A stretch of 64,000 nucleotides of DNA from the sequence record AP018399.1. One strand, written 5' to 3'. Both the position numbers and the translations under genes were made by a program. Within the stretch, counting starts at the first letter, position 1, and every line of letters starts with the position of its first letter. Positions 1-10,021 of this stretch are shown here, in pieces. The notes beneath the pieces were generated by a model. That model did no database searches. It saw only the letters and a program-made list of their open reading frames with translations, and had not been told where the DNA came from.

Positions 1-449
1 GCCTTGAGGCGAGCTTCGTCTTCGGCCAGAGGAAGTTCCTTGACCAGCACCAGCTTGTTGGAGACGATGTTCGGGATGAGCTTGTCCGGCCAGTGGTATT
101 CCCACACGCCACGGTAGTAGCGGGCACCACGCGGAATGCGGCATTCGTAGATAGCAATGCGGCTTTCCGGGCGCTCGCCGTAGAAGTATTCGTGGCGACG
201 CTCACGGTTCAGTTCGTTGATGGCATCGGACAGATGGACGAACGAGTGCAGGCCATATGTCACGTCACCGGCATAGTCGGTGTCGATGATTGAATGCTGC
301 ATTTCGCCGATAGTATACGGATGTTCGCGATGAACACTGAAACAAATGTTCGGGTCGCGCTTGGACTTCTTCATGACCTTGTAGACTGTCTTGCCGGTAA
401 TGGACCAACGTGGAATCTTCTGCCACGGGTAAAGGAACTTCATGCACAT
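1..449 (-). CDS. hypothetical phage protein (runs off left edge), same family as 35664..36101
   Basis: Hand translation MCMKFLYPW..VYKV..GLHSF..ECRIPRGARYY..IVSNKL, open to position 1; shared motifs with the 35664 ORF. Confidence 0.75.
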   Translation of the reverse strand, partial: MCMKFLYPWQKIPRWSITGKTVYKVMKKSKRDPNICFSVHREHPYTIGEMQHSIIDTDYAGDVTYGLHSFVHLSDAINELNRERRHEYFYGERPESRIAIYECRIPRGARYYRGVWEYHWPDKLIPNIVSNKLVLVKELPLAEDEARLK

Positions 450-483
450 ATTGAATACCTAAATTATGGAGACAAGTATACTA

Positions 484-990
484 TCAACCGAACAGTTTTT
501 CAAGCAGTCGGAACCACCAACCCTTGATGCCCTTGTACAGTTCGGCCTCTTCGACCTTCTTACGGGCCACGATTTCCGATGGGGTGATATCGCCGACGTG
601 GTAGAACTCAAGTTCTTTCGGGTCGAAGGCAATCTTTTCCTTGCCGGTGGTCATTGCTTGAAGCACGAGGTTCATCAAGGAAATGACCTTTTCCTTTTCC
701 ATGTCTTCATAGTCAACGTATTCGTGCTGGGCCAGATAGTCGAAGATGGCCTTCTGTTCCTTGTTGCCGTAGCTGCGGCCTTCCAAGTCTTCGATGCGGA
801 CGACAACACCAATCAGACGGTCGGAATGGAACCATTCCCATTCATTGATTGTGTTGTTGAGGAAATCAATGTGGTCTTGGATGGCCTTACGTTCTTCCTT
901 GGCCTTCTTTTCAGCAGCCATGCGCTTGGTTTCGTCGCGGAGCAAGTCAACGTCAACGGAACCGTCTTCTTTAAAAATTGGAGTGGTCAT
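484..990 (-). CDS. hypothetical protein
   Basis: 168-aa ORF in a tightly packed minus-strand run. Confidence 0.75.
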   Translation of the reverse strand: MTTPIFKEDGSVDVDLLRDETKRMAAEKKAKEERKAIQDHIDFLNNTINEWEWFHSDRLIGVVVRIEDLEGRSYGNKEQKAIFDYLAQHEYVDYEDMEKEKVISLMNLVLQAMTTGKEKIAFDPKELEFYHVGDITPSEIVARKKVEEAELYKGIKGWWFRLLEKLFG

Positions 991-1001
991 TGGTTTTTAG
1001 G

Positions 1002-1325
1002 TTAGTGAGCAAAGGTTAGAGCGAAATGCGCAGTTAGCGCACCCATGATTACGACATGAAGCATGATTAGATTGAGGCCGATAGTGACCCATCTAACCCA
1101 TTCGATAGTGCGGAGTTTGGTAATGTACCAGAAGAATGCCAGTGCTGCCAGCTTGATGAGTACGAATCCCGCATTACCGGTGTATTCGAAAGCTAGGCGC
1201 ATCAACGGATTGGCTTCTACATCAAGACCACCAACGTTGACGAAAATCAGGGTGAAAATTATATCTAGAATCCAGAGGACAGCCAGTGAAACTCTCAGTC
1301 TGTCCATCGTTAGCCACTTAAACAT
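1002..1325 (-). CDS. DUF5658-like membrane protein
   Basis: Hydrophobic helices with LD..FT and EANPLM motifs. Confidence 0.7.
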   Translation of the reverse strand: MFKWLTMDRLRVSLAVLWILDIIFTLIFVNVGGLDVEANPLMRLAFEYTGNAGFVLIKLAALAFFWYITKLRTIEWVRWVTIGLNLIMLHVVIMGALTAHFALTFAH

Positions 1326-1381
1326 TAAAGCCCTCTATAATTGACACGTAGTATCAACCATAGAGGGCTTATTGTCAAGGC

Positions 1382-1699
1382 TTATTTGCTGCTGTCAAAT
1401 GTTTTGACTTTCTCGCCGTAGAGTTCGTGGAAGATTGGACGAGTATAATTTCGCTCTTCATCCACACTGATAGCACCACGGGCTGCTAGAACACCTTGCA
1501 CGAATCCCAACCAGCGGTGCATCTTGTCGGATGGATAGGTGTGGCCGAACCGGATGGCCTCGCTGCACAGGTCAATGATGCTCTGCCAATCACACTTAGG
1601 TTGTGGATTGGTTTCATCGGGCTGTTCGAAGGCGATTTCCTGATAGCGAGTGAACAATCGTCTTAGGACGGCTGCTTCTTCTGGGGTTGGTAGGTTCAT
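1382..1699 (-). CDS. hypothetical protein
   Basis: Start MNLPT overlaps the upstream stop (ATGA coupling). Confidence 0.7.
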   Translation of the reverse strand: MNLPTPEEAAVLRRLFTRYQEIAFEQPDETNPQPKCDWQSIIDLCSEAIRFGHTYPSDKMHRWLGFVQGVLAARGAISVDEERNYTRPIFHELYGEKVKTFDSSK

Positions 1700-2151
1700 A
1701 GCTCTTCGTCCGTTAGCTTGTGCCACAGCTTGGTTATCCATGAACGTGGCTTTGCATCACGCTCTGCACGTTCGGCAAGCTTGCGCTTACGCTCTTCTGC
1801 CTGTCGGGCGTCTTCTGCGGCCACGGCTTCTCGGTCGTACATGATGAATCGACCGTTCTGATAGACGAGATAGGGAGTTTCTAGGAAGCGAATGACATTC
1901 TTGACGATGGTTTCCTTGGCATCAGGACCGATATAACGCCAATTAATGCAATGGAATTCATTCAATATGTCGTAAGGCTGCTTTAGGTAATCCGAATCAT
2001 CACCCCACAAATCTGCGTGCGCGTCGGTAATGTCGCAAATGCTGAACCAATCATGGAGTTTATCGCTCCACGACTTGTTTAATTCATGTGCAATTTTGCG
2101 TACTCTGACTTTATGCGACGCCAAATGGTGTTGTGGAATAATTCGGGTCAC
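1696..2151 (-). CDS. hypothetical protein
   Basis: 151-aa ORF coupled to neighbours. Confidence 0.7.
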   Translation of the reverse strand: MTRIIPQHHLASHKVRVRKIAHELNKSWSDKLHDWFSICDITDAHADLWGDDSDYLKQPYDILNEFHCINWRYIGPDAKETIVKNVIRFLETPYLVYQNGRFIMYDREAVAAEDARQAEERKRKLAERAERDAKPRSWITKLWHKLTDEEL

Positions 2152-2390
2152 TTTACCATCACCTGATAATAGGTATTTCCAATCTTTTTGCGGACACGAC
2201 CACGCAAACGCCAGCCATTTTTCAGGCGGTCATTGACATAGGTTGAAAGATTATGAAATTCCCCATAAACGATAGCAAATTCCGTAATTTTTCCCGGAAT
2301 TGTAGGGAATGGCTGTGATGTTGGTCGTTCTGATTGTGTCGGTGGTGGATTTCTTCCCGGAGGAAGTGATTTTTCTTCGTACTCAGCCAT
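2148..2390 (-). CDS. DUF1737-like small protein
   Basis: L...VN..L.NGW.L.G pattern. Confidence 0.5.
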   Translation of the reverse strand: MAEYEEKSLPPGRNPPPTQSERPTSQPFPTIPGKITEFAIVYGEFHNLSTYVNDRLKNGWRLRGRVRKKIGNTYYQVMVK

Positions 2391-2392
2391 AA

Positions 2393-2584
2393 TTAATCCT
2401 TTGCGGGAATAATTGTGCTTGGGTCCGGAGCAACCCAACGGGTCATCAGGACCATTAGGTCACCACCAACGGCAACAGGACCGCCCATAGGCTTCCAACC
2501 ATCATCCATATGACGCTGAATATTTTCAGTTAGGTTATAAGCCTCACTATAGTGCTGCTTAAGGTACGTACACTCAAAACTCAT
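2393..2584 (-). CDS. DUF1737-like small protein
   Basis: DGWKPMGGPVAV pattern; tandem with the previous ORF. Confidence 0.5.
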   Translation of the reverse strand: MSFECTYLKQHYSEAYNLTENIQRHMDDGWKPMGGPVAVGGDLMVLMTRWVAPDPSTIIPAKD

Positions 2585-2800
2585 TTAATTATTTCTCTCG
2601 TGATATGCTGGGTCGTAGCTACCATATGCCCAATAAGCAACGGATTCTCCGCACCAGACACAAATTACTTCGTATTCCATGACACCCCATTCGGAAACTA
2701 CACGGTCATTATTGACAAACCATGAGCCACCGCAGCATTGACATGCTTTTGGAGTACCGTCTTCTTCGTAAAATGCTGACATGCTACGATAATAGCACAA
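2585..2800 (-). CDS. small Cys-rich (zinc-ribbon-like) protein
   Basis: CQCCG and CVWCG pairs. Confidence 0.6.
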   Translation of the reverse strand: MCYYRSMSAFYEEDGTPKACQCCGGSWFVNNDRVVSEWGVMEYEVICVWCGESVAYWAYGSYDPAYHERNN

Positions 2801-2805
2801 TTAAC

Positions 2806-3030
2806 TTACGAAGCAAATAGCCTTTTACGCACAGGCCACAAACCAATGCCCAAAAGTGCCAGTGCGCCAAGCACAATTAGGGAATATCCCCACTGTCCAT
2901 GCTCACGCCACATGAGATATGCGTACAAACCATGCAGGAAAAATCCTGCAAATGCCAGCGGAATTGCGAAAAGGAATACGCTGGATGGATTCTTCTTCCA
3001 ATTAAATAGGGTGCTTAGTGCTGATTTCAT
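2806..3030 (-). CDS. small membrane protein
   Basis: Two hydrophobic segments. Confidence 0.6.
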   Translation of the reverse strand: MKSALSTLFNWKKNPSSVFLFAIPLAFAGFFLHGLYAYLMWREHGQWGYSLIVLGALALLGIGLWPVRKRLFAS

Positions 3031-3057
3031 TTTAATTCTCCAAAAGAAACAGCCCGA

Positions 3058-4116
3058 TTACTCAGGCTGTTCCAGTAGCGCGATGCGATGAGCCTTGATG
3101 GCTTCTGCGATGGCCGGACCTTTCAATGTGGCCTGTTGTTCCGGGGTCAGTGATGCAAAACTAACGTGCCGCGTCTTCTCAAACGCATCCACGAAGAACT
3201 GAAAGTATTTCAGTGCATCCGTCTTCCGAAAATCCTCCACCAATTCCTCAAACAAATCGGCTTGGCGGTAGGCGTCGATTGCGTACAGACTATCCACTGC
3301 CGTAGGCTGGGGAACGTCTGGTCGGAACAGGTTGCGGTACATTTTGGCGAACTTCCGCCATTCCGTACTCACATTCAGGCGAGTTTCAAAGGCATCAGCA
3401 TCTTTCATGTGCTTGCTGATGCTGGCGTACTTGAACTTGGCCGATACATGCGGGAATCGAACCAACACGAAATCAACCTTGTCATGAACGGCAGCAACTT
3501 CCGGCAGAACTTCTTCCAGAGCATTGCACAACTTCAAAGTATCGAAGAACAGCTTCGGATGAGGTTCACCCAACGCCTTCTCCAATTCCTTCAAGACACG
3601 CTCGCGAGTCAGATGCTTCAATTCGCCCTCTGCGGCCATCTTACGGGCGAACAGCACCGTGTCGGTATGCACCAACCACTCAGGGCCGAAACGGGCGTGG
3701 AAACGCGCCAGACGCAGCACACGCACCGGGTCATCAGCGAACGCAGGCGACACATGACGCAGCACCTTGTTCTTCATGTCTTCCTGACCACCGAACGGGT
3801 CAACCACGAAGTTGCCGCTCATAGCCATAGCGTTGACAGTCAGGTCACGACGCATCAGGTCGTCCTCCAACTTCACATCAGCACTATGGTCCGTCACGAA
3901 GCCGTTGTAGCCATGACCACTCTTGCGCTCTGTACGAGCCAGAGCATGTTCCACACCGTCCTTGTCCAGAAATACCGGGAAGTCAGCACCAACCTGCTGG
4001 AAACCAGCGGCCAGCATTGCTTCGGGCGTGGAACCAACGACAACGAAGTCCACGTCCTTTGGTTCCAGCCCCATCAATTTGTCTCGGACGGCACCACCGA
4101 CCATGAACTTCTGCAT
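3058..4116 (-). CDS. cca: CCA-adding tRNA nucleotidyltransferase (class II)
   Basis: VGGAVRD, DVDFVV, VGADFPVF, EDDLMRRDLTVNAM, DPFGG, FADDPVRVLRLARF, ERVLKE; GGAG RBS before MQKF. Confidence 0.95.
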   Translation of the reverse strand: MQKFMVGGAVRDKLMGLEPKDVDFVVVGSTPEAMLAAGFQQVGADFPVFLDKDGVEHALARTERKSGHGYNGFVTDHSADVKLEDDLMRRDLTVNAMAMSGNFVVDPFGGQEDMKNKVLRHVSPAFADDPVRVLRLARFHARFGPEWLVHTDTVLFARKMAAEGELKHLTRERVLKELEKALGEPHPKLFFDTLKLCNALEEVLPEVAAVHDKVDFVLVRFPHVSAKFKYASISKHMKDADAFETRLNVSTEWRKFAKMYRNLFRPDVPQPTAVDSLYAIDAYRQADLFEELVEDFRKTDALKYFQFFVDAFEKTRHVSFASLTPEQQATLKGPAIAEAIKAHRIALLEQPE

Positions 4117-4168
4117 TGTCTTACTCCATTTGTTTGAAGCCATTATTATAGCATGGCTTCACCAAATG

Positions 4169-4630
4169 TCAAGCCTTAGATTTGCGGAAACGATTCAACA
4201 ACTTAGCAATTAGCTTGCTTACGATTGAGGGTTCCTTGGTCATCATCTTTTCGGGAGCCGCAACCTCGGTAGTTTTCAGGTCAATGAACTTTTCCGTTTC
4301 GCGGTCGTAACCAATACGCGAGTTATTCAAGTATGCAATGACCACAGCCGCCAAACCTTCACGGCTAATTTCGGTAATCTGCGACCAGTTTTTGCAATGA
4401 AATACACACAGGTAATTATATTCCGTGCCTGAATGGGTCCATGCCTTACCCAATGCGGATGCAACGGACGTTACATCACAAATACTAAAATATCCGCGAT
4501 ATCCATAGCGGGTCTTTTCGCCCCACATATTGTTTAGGCGACGGATTGCTTCACTAATGGCACCCTCATAAGAAACGCGCTTCATTTCGGCGTAATTTAG
4601 AACGCCATTGTCAAAAATATTATGTTTCAC
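4169..4630 (-). CDS. hypothetical protein
   Basis: 153-aa ORF. Confidence 0.7.
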   Translation of the reverse strand: MKHNIFDNGVLNYAEMKRVSYEGAISEAIRRLNNMWGEKTRYGYRGYFSICDVTSVASALGKAWTHSGTEYNYLCVFHCKNWSQITEISREGLAAVVIAYLNNSRIGYDRETEKFIDLKTTEVAAPEKMMTKEPSIVSKLIAKLLNRFRKSKA

Positions 4631-4632
4631 AA

Positions 4633-5169
4633 TTATTTCTTTCCTTCAAATTTTTCTTTGAGTTTTTCGTACAATTCGCGCTCTTCGGCTTCCTTGCGGG
4701 CCTTCCTTTCAGCGGCTTTCTTTCTAGACTTGGCTTTAGCTACTTTGTCCGCTTCCTTTTCCAAAATCTTGGCGTCAGCGAGAGCATCCAACAAATCCCA
4801 TTTGATAACACGAAAAGGAATTATCCAATCAATTTCAGCCGGGTCATCATAATAGCGAGAGCCAACGCTCAAATATGGTTCACCCATTCCATCAAGGGTT
4901 ATGTCGATGCCCAAATCATTGCAAATTTTCACGAAATCATCCCCACTCTCAACAAACTTACTAAGTGGAAATACATCCCCATTTTCTTCAAAACGGAATC
5001 GTATGAAAAATGCATTGTCAGTCGGGTCTTCAATATTGAAGCGTTCGTAACGGATGGTCAACATGCTATAATTAAACATCTGTTTACGAATAATAGCAGT
5101 GTTGAACTGCCGATGCATTTCATTAAGAACTTCCGTCTCGTTTTTGAAAATATTGCTTTTCTTTGCCAT
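4633..5169 (-). CDS. hypothetical protein
   Basis: 178-aa ORF with charged C-terminus. Confidence 0.7.
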   Translation of the reverse strand: MAKKSNIFKNETEVLNEMHRQFNTAIIRKQMFNYSMLTIRYERFNIEDPTDNAFFIRFRFEENGDVFPLSKFVESGDDFVKICNDLGIDITLDGMGEPYLSVGSRYYDDPAEIDWIIPFRVIKWDLLDALADAKILEKEADKVAKAKSRKKAAERKARKEAEERELYEKLKEKFEGKK

Positions 5170-5237
5170 AGTTAAACCTCTAAGGCCACAACTATAGCAT
5201 CTTGACCGCTCATCTGCAACCGTGTACTATAACAACC

Positions 5238-5636
5238 ATGAGTGAACCTACCATCGTAATTCCTGCCGATTTCTCACCAATCGAACCGTTAGACGTATTG
5301 CACGGCACCTTTCCGAAGGAACAAGTCGAGAATGTCTATAATTTCGATGAGAATCCTCTATACATCAGTATGTTAGAGGAAGCGGGGTTTAAAGTCGAGG
5401 TCGGTCACGCAATCACAAAATTATACGGAATACTTCTTCCGCTGTATGAGTTCGAACAGTGGGATTCCACAACGCGAACCGATTACTTGGATAGAATATT
5501 CATCCGACCCATCATCGAAAAGCACCAAGACAAACGTATCTTGCTGCATCGTTTGATTGTCACGAAAGAATATGATTGGAAACAATACCCGATGGTAGAC
5601 AAACACTATGCCTACCTATACATGGAACTGAAATGA
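5238..5636 (+). CDS. hypothetical protein
   Basis: Follows a divergent promoter region; coupled to the next ORF. Confidence 0.7.
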   Translation: MSEPTIVIPADFSPIEPLDVLHGTFPKEQVENVYNFDENPLYISMLEEAGFKVEVGHAITKLYGILLPLYEFEQWDSTTRTDYLDRIFIRPIIEKHQDKRILLHRLIVTKEYDWKQYPMVDKHYAYLYMELK

Positions 5637-6253
5637 GCGAAGAACAAGTACCCAAAGTCCCCAACGTCGTCACAATTGACCTTGACGATATCACCTACAC
5701 CATCAACGACAAAGAATACGTCGATGAAGGTGCTGCTCTAGGCGTTATGCTCGCCAGCAATCAGCTTTTCTACAACCAGAAAATCTACGTCAATTGTAGC
5801 GACGTGTTTGCATGGGGCTGTTCTGACGCCGAAGACTACGTGGATGACCAACTCCTGACGCTATTCAAGATGTTCAACAAGGACCGTTCATGGGGAACCG
5901 CCATGTGGTGCATGATTCAGCGCAAGGAACGTCCACAGAAGCCCGTGGAAGACGCTATCCGTAAGGAAGGCATCTGGGACTTCGACGCTTTCATTGCCGA
6001 ACATGGCCTGCGTGCAAACGTTTACGATGGCACCAGCATGATTGCAGCACGTCGCAAGTTCGAACTTGCCAATGCATGGCTTGTCGAACAGGGACAAGAG
6101 CCTGTCGAATTCGAAGTAGGTTGGTGGAAGCACGCTTGGACACCATTTGAGAAGGCAAATCCGGGCTGGTACAACGACGAATACAAGGAAGAAGTCAAGC
6201 GCCGCTGCAATGAATGGTATCTCGCCAACGGCTGGGAGTTCCTTGCCAAATGA
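5633..6253 (+). CDS. hypothetical protein
   Basis: 206-aa ORF, ATGA overlaps at both ends. Confidence 0.75.
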   Translation: MSEEQVPKVPNVVTIDLDDITYTINDKEYVDEGAALGVMLASNQLFYNQKIYVNCSDVFAWGCSDAEDYVDDQLLTLFKMFNKDRSWGTAMWCMIQRKERPQKPVEDAIRKEGIWDFDAFIAEHGLRANVYDGTSMIAARRKFELANAWLVEQGQEPVEFEVGWWKHAWTPFEKANPGWYNDEYKEEVKRRCNEWYLANGWEFLAK

Positions 6254-6474
6254 GCGACCGCGAAATTTCAATTAAAATCAAGACAATACGAGTTGGTTGG
6301 GTGCGTGAAACCGTCCACCGTCGCGGTAAGAAGTTCGTCTATGGTTACTGGCGTAAGCCTCGCAAGCTAGCGGCTGGTTGGACTATTGAGCCGGTGCAGG
6401 ACATTGAGTGCTATCACAGCATTGATGCCGAACAAGAGCTTGCAGCAATTCTTATGGCGGAAATCCTGAAATGA
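6250..6474 (+). CDS. hypothetical protein
   Basis: ATGA-coupled. Confidence 0.6.
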   Translation: MSDREISIKIKTIRVGWVRETVHRRGKKFVYGYWRKPRKLAAGWTIEPVQDIECYHSIDAEQELAAILMAEILK

Positions 6475-6674
6475 TTCTCCCTGACCCTGCCTTCATCCCG
6501 CCAAAGTGCAAGCGCTGCGACGGGACCGGCTATGAGCCAGACCTAGACCTGTATGCCAATTCTGCCGAACCTGACCCGGTAGCCTGTCACCATTGTCTAG
6601 GCAATGGCGTCTTACACGCAGTAGCAGAATACAGTGACAGCGGCAAGCTAATCGGATACAATTACCCGTCATGA
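6471..6674 (+). CDS. small protein with DnaJ-type CxxCxGxG zinc motifs
   Basis: CKRCDGTG and CHHCLGNG. Confidence 0.6.
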   Translation: MILPDPAFIPPKCKRCDGTGYEPDLDLYANSAEPDPVACHHCLGNGVLHAVAEYSDSGKLIGYNYPS

Positions 6675-6994
6675 GCTTTACTAAATGTCCAATCTGTAGC
6701 AACCCATTCAAGAGCGATGCTTGTCCGCATTCCTATGGACAGGCAGAAGAACGCAAGAAACGCAACGAAGACGACAAGCGACTACAAAAGCTGGTCAAGA
6801 AAATCGTTGAAGAAGCACTCAAGGAACGTGGCCTATGACTAACAGTACCCATATCTTCGCGTGGTTTCCTCGCAAGGTCATCACCGAAACACTCGACAGC
6901 ATTCCTACTAAATTCGAATACCGATGGCTTGAAGTGGTAGAGAAGGTCAAGAACAGCGCAGGCCACACGGTCTACTTCGCATTGGATTGCTTCC

Positions 6995-7330
6995 ATGACT
7001 GAGTTGGTCTGGAAACCGCTATACCCGAATTCCGGGACGTACCTCTATGCCTATGCAGATGTGATGGGCAACAAGGTGGCGTATTATGTACATACATTGT
7101 CTGATACCCACCCTATTGAGGAATACCGCCATCGTTGGACTGCGGATGTAAACGGCTGCACGCTGTTTGAATACCGACCAGCATTGACCCCCATCTTTCA
7201 TGACTCTCTGGAAGATGCCAAGGCCGCGTGTGAACGTGACCTTGTACGCCTGCGTGAACGCTGGCAGGCCATGCTTGAACGTGCCAAGGAAGACCCGAAC
7301 CAGTTTATATCATTCGCCAATCTATCATGA
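6995..7330 (+). CDS. hypothetical protein
   Basis: 111-aa ORF, coupled. Confidence 0.65.
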   Translation: MTELVWKPLYPNSGTYLYAYADVMGNKVAYYVHTLSDTHPIEEYRHRWTADVNGCTLFEYRPALTPIFHDSLEDAKAACERDLVRLRERWQAMLERAKEDPNQFISFANLS

Positions 7331-7528
7331 ACATCAAAGACCTACCCACTGACCAAGAAATCTTCTACGAACTCGGTGAAATCCCCGGAACCACCAACAT
7401 CATCCACTACCAAGGACAAGTCAAGTACATCCATTACAACATTCCAGACGACCATCTGAATGCGTCCGTAGCAGAAATCAGCAGGCTATACTTTAGCTCA
7501 TAGCCAATAGCACTTCCTAAGTAAGAGC

Positions 7529-7870
7529 ATGAACACCACGGCTCTTACCAAGAAAGACTTCAAGCTTCTCTGGTCACAACTCAAAGCCTCCGCAGCAAAA
7601 CGCGGAATCCCATTTGAACTGACCCCAACCGACATTGATGAAATCGGAATCCCCATCACTTGTCCAATCCTAGGCATCCCTCTGTACTTCCACAGGGAAA
7701 AGGTGCAAGACAATTCCATCAGCTTCGACCGCATCGACTCTACCAAGGGTTATTCACTTGATAACGTCATCGTCGTGTCCTATAGAGCCAATAGACTCAA
7801 GTCCGACGCCTCTCTAGACGAACTACGTAGAATCGCTGACTTCTATGACGCCGCTAAACTCAAGCCATAA
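7529..7870 (+). CDS. phage HNH-type endonuclease-like protein
   Basis: CPILGIPL..SFDRIDSTKGY..NVIVVSYRANRLKSD. Confidence 0.7.
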   Translation: MNTTALTKKDFKLLWSQLKASAAKRGIPFELTPTDIDEIGIPITCPILGIPLYFHREKVQDNSISFDRIDSTKGYSLDNVIVVSYRANRLKSDASLDELRRIADFYDAAKLKP

Positions 7871-7906
7871 ACGAAGAATGGAAGGTCCGTCACCAGACCT
7901 TCCATT

Positions 7907-8329
7907 CTAAGGTACGAAGTACCGAATCTTATCTTCTGCCCGCCTCAACCAATCTTGTCGTTCTTCCAACAACATTGTCAGAACAGTGTTACCAGACAGT
8001 ATTTCATGTCTCATCCACTGAATGTCTTCCTTCAAATGTAATATGGTCCGACGATGAGCAATCTGGTCACTCGTCCAACGATACACATACTTCTCATATG
8101 GGTACGTATTCTTAGGACGACTATCAAACATGAAATACTCGCCTTCCTTCAACGACAACAACTTCTGGTCAGCTTTAACACGACAAAGCTTGGTTTCGCT
8201 ACAACGCATATCAGCTAACTCCAACGGATAACTTAATCCCCATTGGTCCCACCGACCACGACGCTTCATCAAAACGCTATAAAGAGCATTCGCTGAACAG
8301 TCAGGTGGCCTAACGACGATTCCTGTCAT
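7907..8329 (-). CDS. hypothetical protein
   Basis: Minus ORF ending at a bidirectional hairpin (about 7873-7905). Confidence 0.6.
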   Translation of the reverse strand: MTGIVVRPPDCSANALYSVLMKRRGRWDQWGLSYPLELADMRCSETKLCRVKADQKLLSLKEGEYFMFDSRPKNTYPYEKYVYRWTSDQIAHRRTILHLKEDIQWMRHEILSGNTVLTMLLEERQDWLRRAEDKIRYFVP

Positions 8330-8726
8330 ACGCTGCATTCAACTCATCAATAATCACTTCATCATCCACCCGCAACTGCTGCCAGATTAAGTCCGGAACG
8401 TAATGACCCTTGTCCGCTTCCGGCTTGGCATCATACTTAATCTCAATTGCAATCTTCACAACCTTGCCATCATCCACACCATCCAAGTACACATTGTAGT
8501 TGACACACCCATTGTCTCCAATGTATGCCTCAAACTTGTTGTAATTGTCTAGGTCAGCCTCATAGCCGTTGTCGTCAAGAAGCCCTTGAGCAAATTGACG
8601 AACCGTAGCTATGATTTCTTTGTTTGGGGGCATAAAAGGTTCCAGAGGATAAAAATTTTGCCAAAAAATTTCTGTGAAGGCAATTATAGAAGATTGTGTT
8701 CCCATTGTCCAGCCATTGTAGGCCAA
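8310..8726 (-). CDS. hypothetical protein
   Basis: 138-aa ORF with TAG stop. Confidence 0.6.
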   Translation of the reverse strand: MAYNGWTMGTQSSIIAFTEIFWQNFYPLEPFMPPNKEIIATVRQFAQGLLDDNGYEADLDNYNKFEAYIGDNGCVNYNVYLDGVDDGKVVKIAIEIKYDAKPEADKGHYVPDLIWQQLRVDDEVIIDELNAAYDRNRR

Positions 8727-8886
8727 ACTTGTTTCAGGGTCAGTAGAATTTTTTTGGAAATTTTTTAAAAAGTCGGTTCGTTAGTTCGTCGCCCGAGCCA
8801 TCGGGGTAGGGTGCTTTTATTTTCAAATAAAAAGTAACTCATTTAATTCCCAAACTTGTTTTGGGTATAGGCTTGTGGTATACTGG

Positions 8887-9120
8887 TCAGTCATCCTCAG
8901 TATCTTCGTCGTCCTCTTCCTCGCTGTCATCCTCTGCATCAGCAGCAGCGTCGAACATACCTTCGATGCGTGCAGTACGCTCGGCATTGATACGCTCACG
9001 CTCTGCATCGCTCAGGGCATCCCATGCCTGTTGTTCCTTGGCAAGCTCAGCCTGTGCCTGTGCAGCACGCTCCTGCTCTACCTCATTGAACATATCGTCA
9101 AGGCTCATGGTCTTACGCAT
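8887..9120 (-). CDS. small acidic protein
   Basis: Own promoter; D/E-rich tail. Confidence 0.7.
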   Translation of the reverse strand: MRKTMSLDDMFNEVEQERAAQAQAELAKEQQAWDALSDAERERINAERTARIEGMFDAAADAEDDSEEEDDEDTEDD

Positions 9121-9175
9121 TGCGTGTATCTCTATTGAGTTAGTGTGTACAGCATAGCACTACTAACTTATAATG

Positions 9176-9544
9176 TCAAGCGGCTTCCCTATCTTCCCAC
9201 GCCTGCCTGTCGTTGTACTCCATCAGGTCATACTCATTGCGGATGCCGTTACGCTCTGCCCATTCGGTGAGGCCGAGGGAGGCGATACGCTCACGGAAGG
9301 CAGCGTCACGGGCCTCGTCTGCTGCGATGGATGCATCCACGTCATAGGCGAGGGAAGAGAACATGCTGACCCACTGCTCAGCGGTGTAGGTGTTGCCATA
9401 GACCCAGCGGGCCTTGATACCGTGGGCATCCTTGTAGTGTTCGCAGTAGGAGTCGAACAGGTCGGCGGTGTCGCCCGAGTTGACGGCGTTGGTGATGTTG
9501 GCGATGACTGCTTCGGTGATGGAGGGGTGCAGGTTCATGGTCAT
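9176..9544 (-). CDS. hypothetical protein
   Basis: Own promoter, GC3-rich codons. Confidence 0.75.
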   Translation of the reverse strand: MTMNLHPSITEAVIANITNAVNSGDTADLFDSYCEHYKDAHGIKARWVYGNTYTAEQWVSMFSSLAYDVDASIAADEARDAAFRERIASLGLTEWAERNGIRNEYDLMEYNDRQAWEDREAA

Positions 9545-9623
9545 CGCCTTGCGTAGTTGGTATGTGTGTAGAATACAAAAGGGGCTGACAAATGTCAACC
9601 CCTAATGTATGTTGGTTGTGGTG

Positions 9624-10013
9624 TTACAGGGTGACCACGATGTAGGGCAGGCCACCGGGGAAGGCTCCCCACATGGGCCGGGGCAGGACGGGCTTGGCGA
9701 GGCCGAGGGCTTGGCCCAGCATGAAGAGGCCATCCGCGTCGCGTTGTTCGCCGTACTGCGTGCCGTCCTTGGTGACGACCATGTTCAGCATGGACATGCC
9801 ACCGCCCTTGTCGTGCATGAAGTCGTCGGCGAGTTGGCCGAGCATGGAGCGAACGTCTTCCCGGTGGGATTCCAGTCGGCCCGGATGGAAACCGACTTGC
9901 ATCATGACGCCTTGGGCGGCGACGTAATCGGTCGGGGGTCCGTTGGCGACTTCCTCGTCCTTGAACAGACAGTCATGGATGACGGACTTGATGTTGGCAG
10001 CGGTGAGTTCCAT
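9624..10013 (-). CDS. conserved-type phage hypothetical protein
   Basis: 129-aa ORF, strong codon bias, GGFHP/GGGMS-like motifs. Confidence 0.75.
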   Translation of the reverse strand: MELTAANIKSVIHDCLFKDEEVANGPPTDYVAAQGVMMQVGFHPGRLESHREDVRSMLGQLADDFMHDKGGGMSMLNMVVTKDGTQYGEQRDADGLFMLGQALGLAKPVLPRPMWGAFPGGLPYIVVTL

Positions 10014-10021
10014 GTGGTTCC

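Noticed and set aside
3166-4137. 323-aa plus-strand ORF (likewise 37057..38133, 39883..40758, 41412..42359, 12326..13063)
   Set aside because: Antisense shadows of genes with clear motifs and codon bias
7529-7870. HNH genes (also 30539..30922) as intron-encoded mobile elements
   Set aside because: Free-standing with no flanking intron structure or split host gene; mobility unsupported
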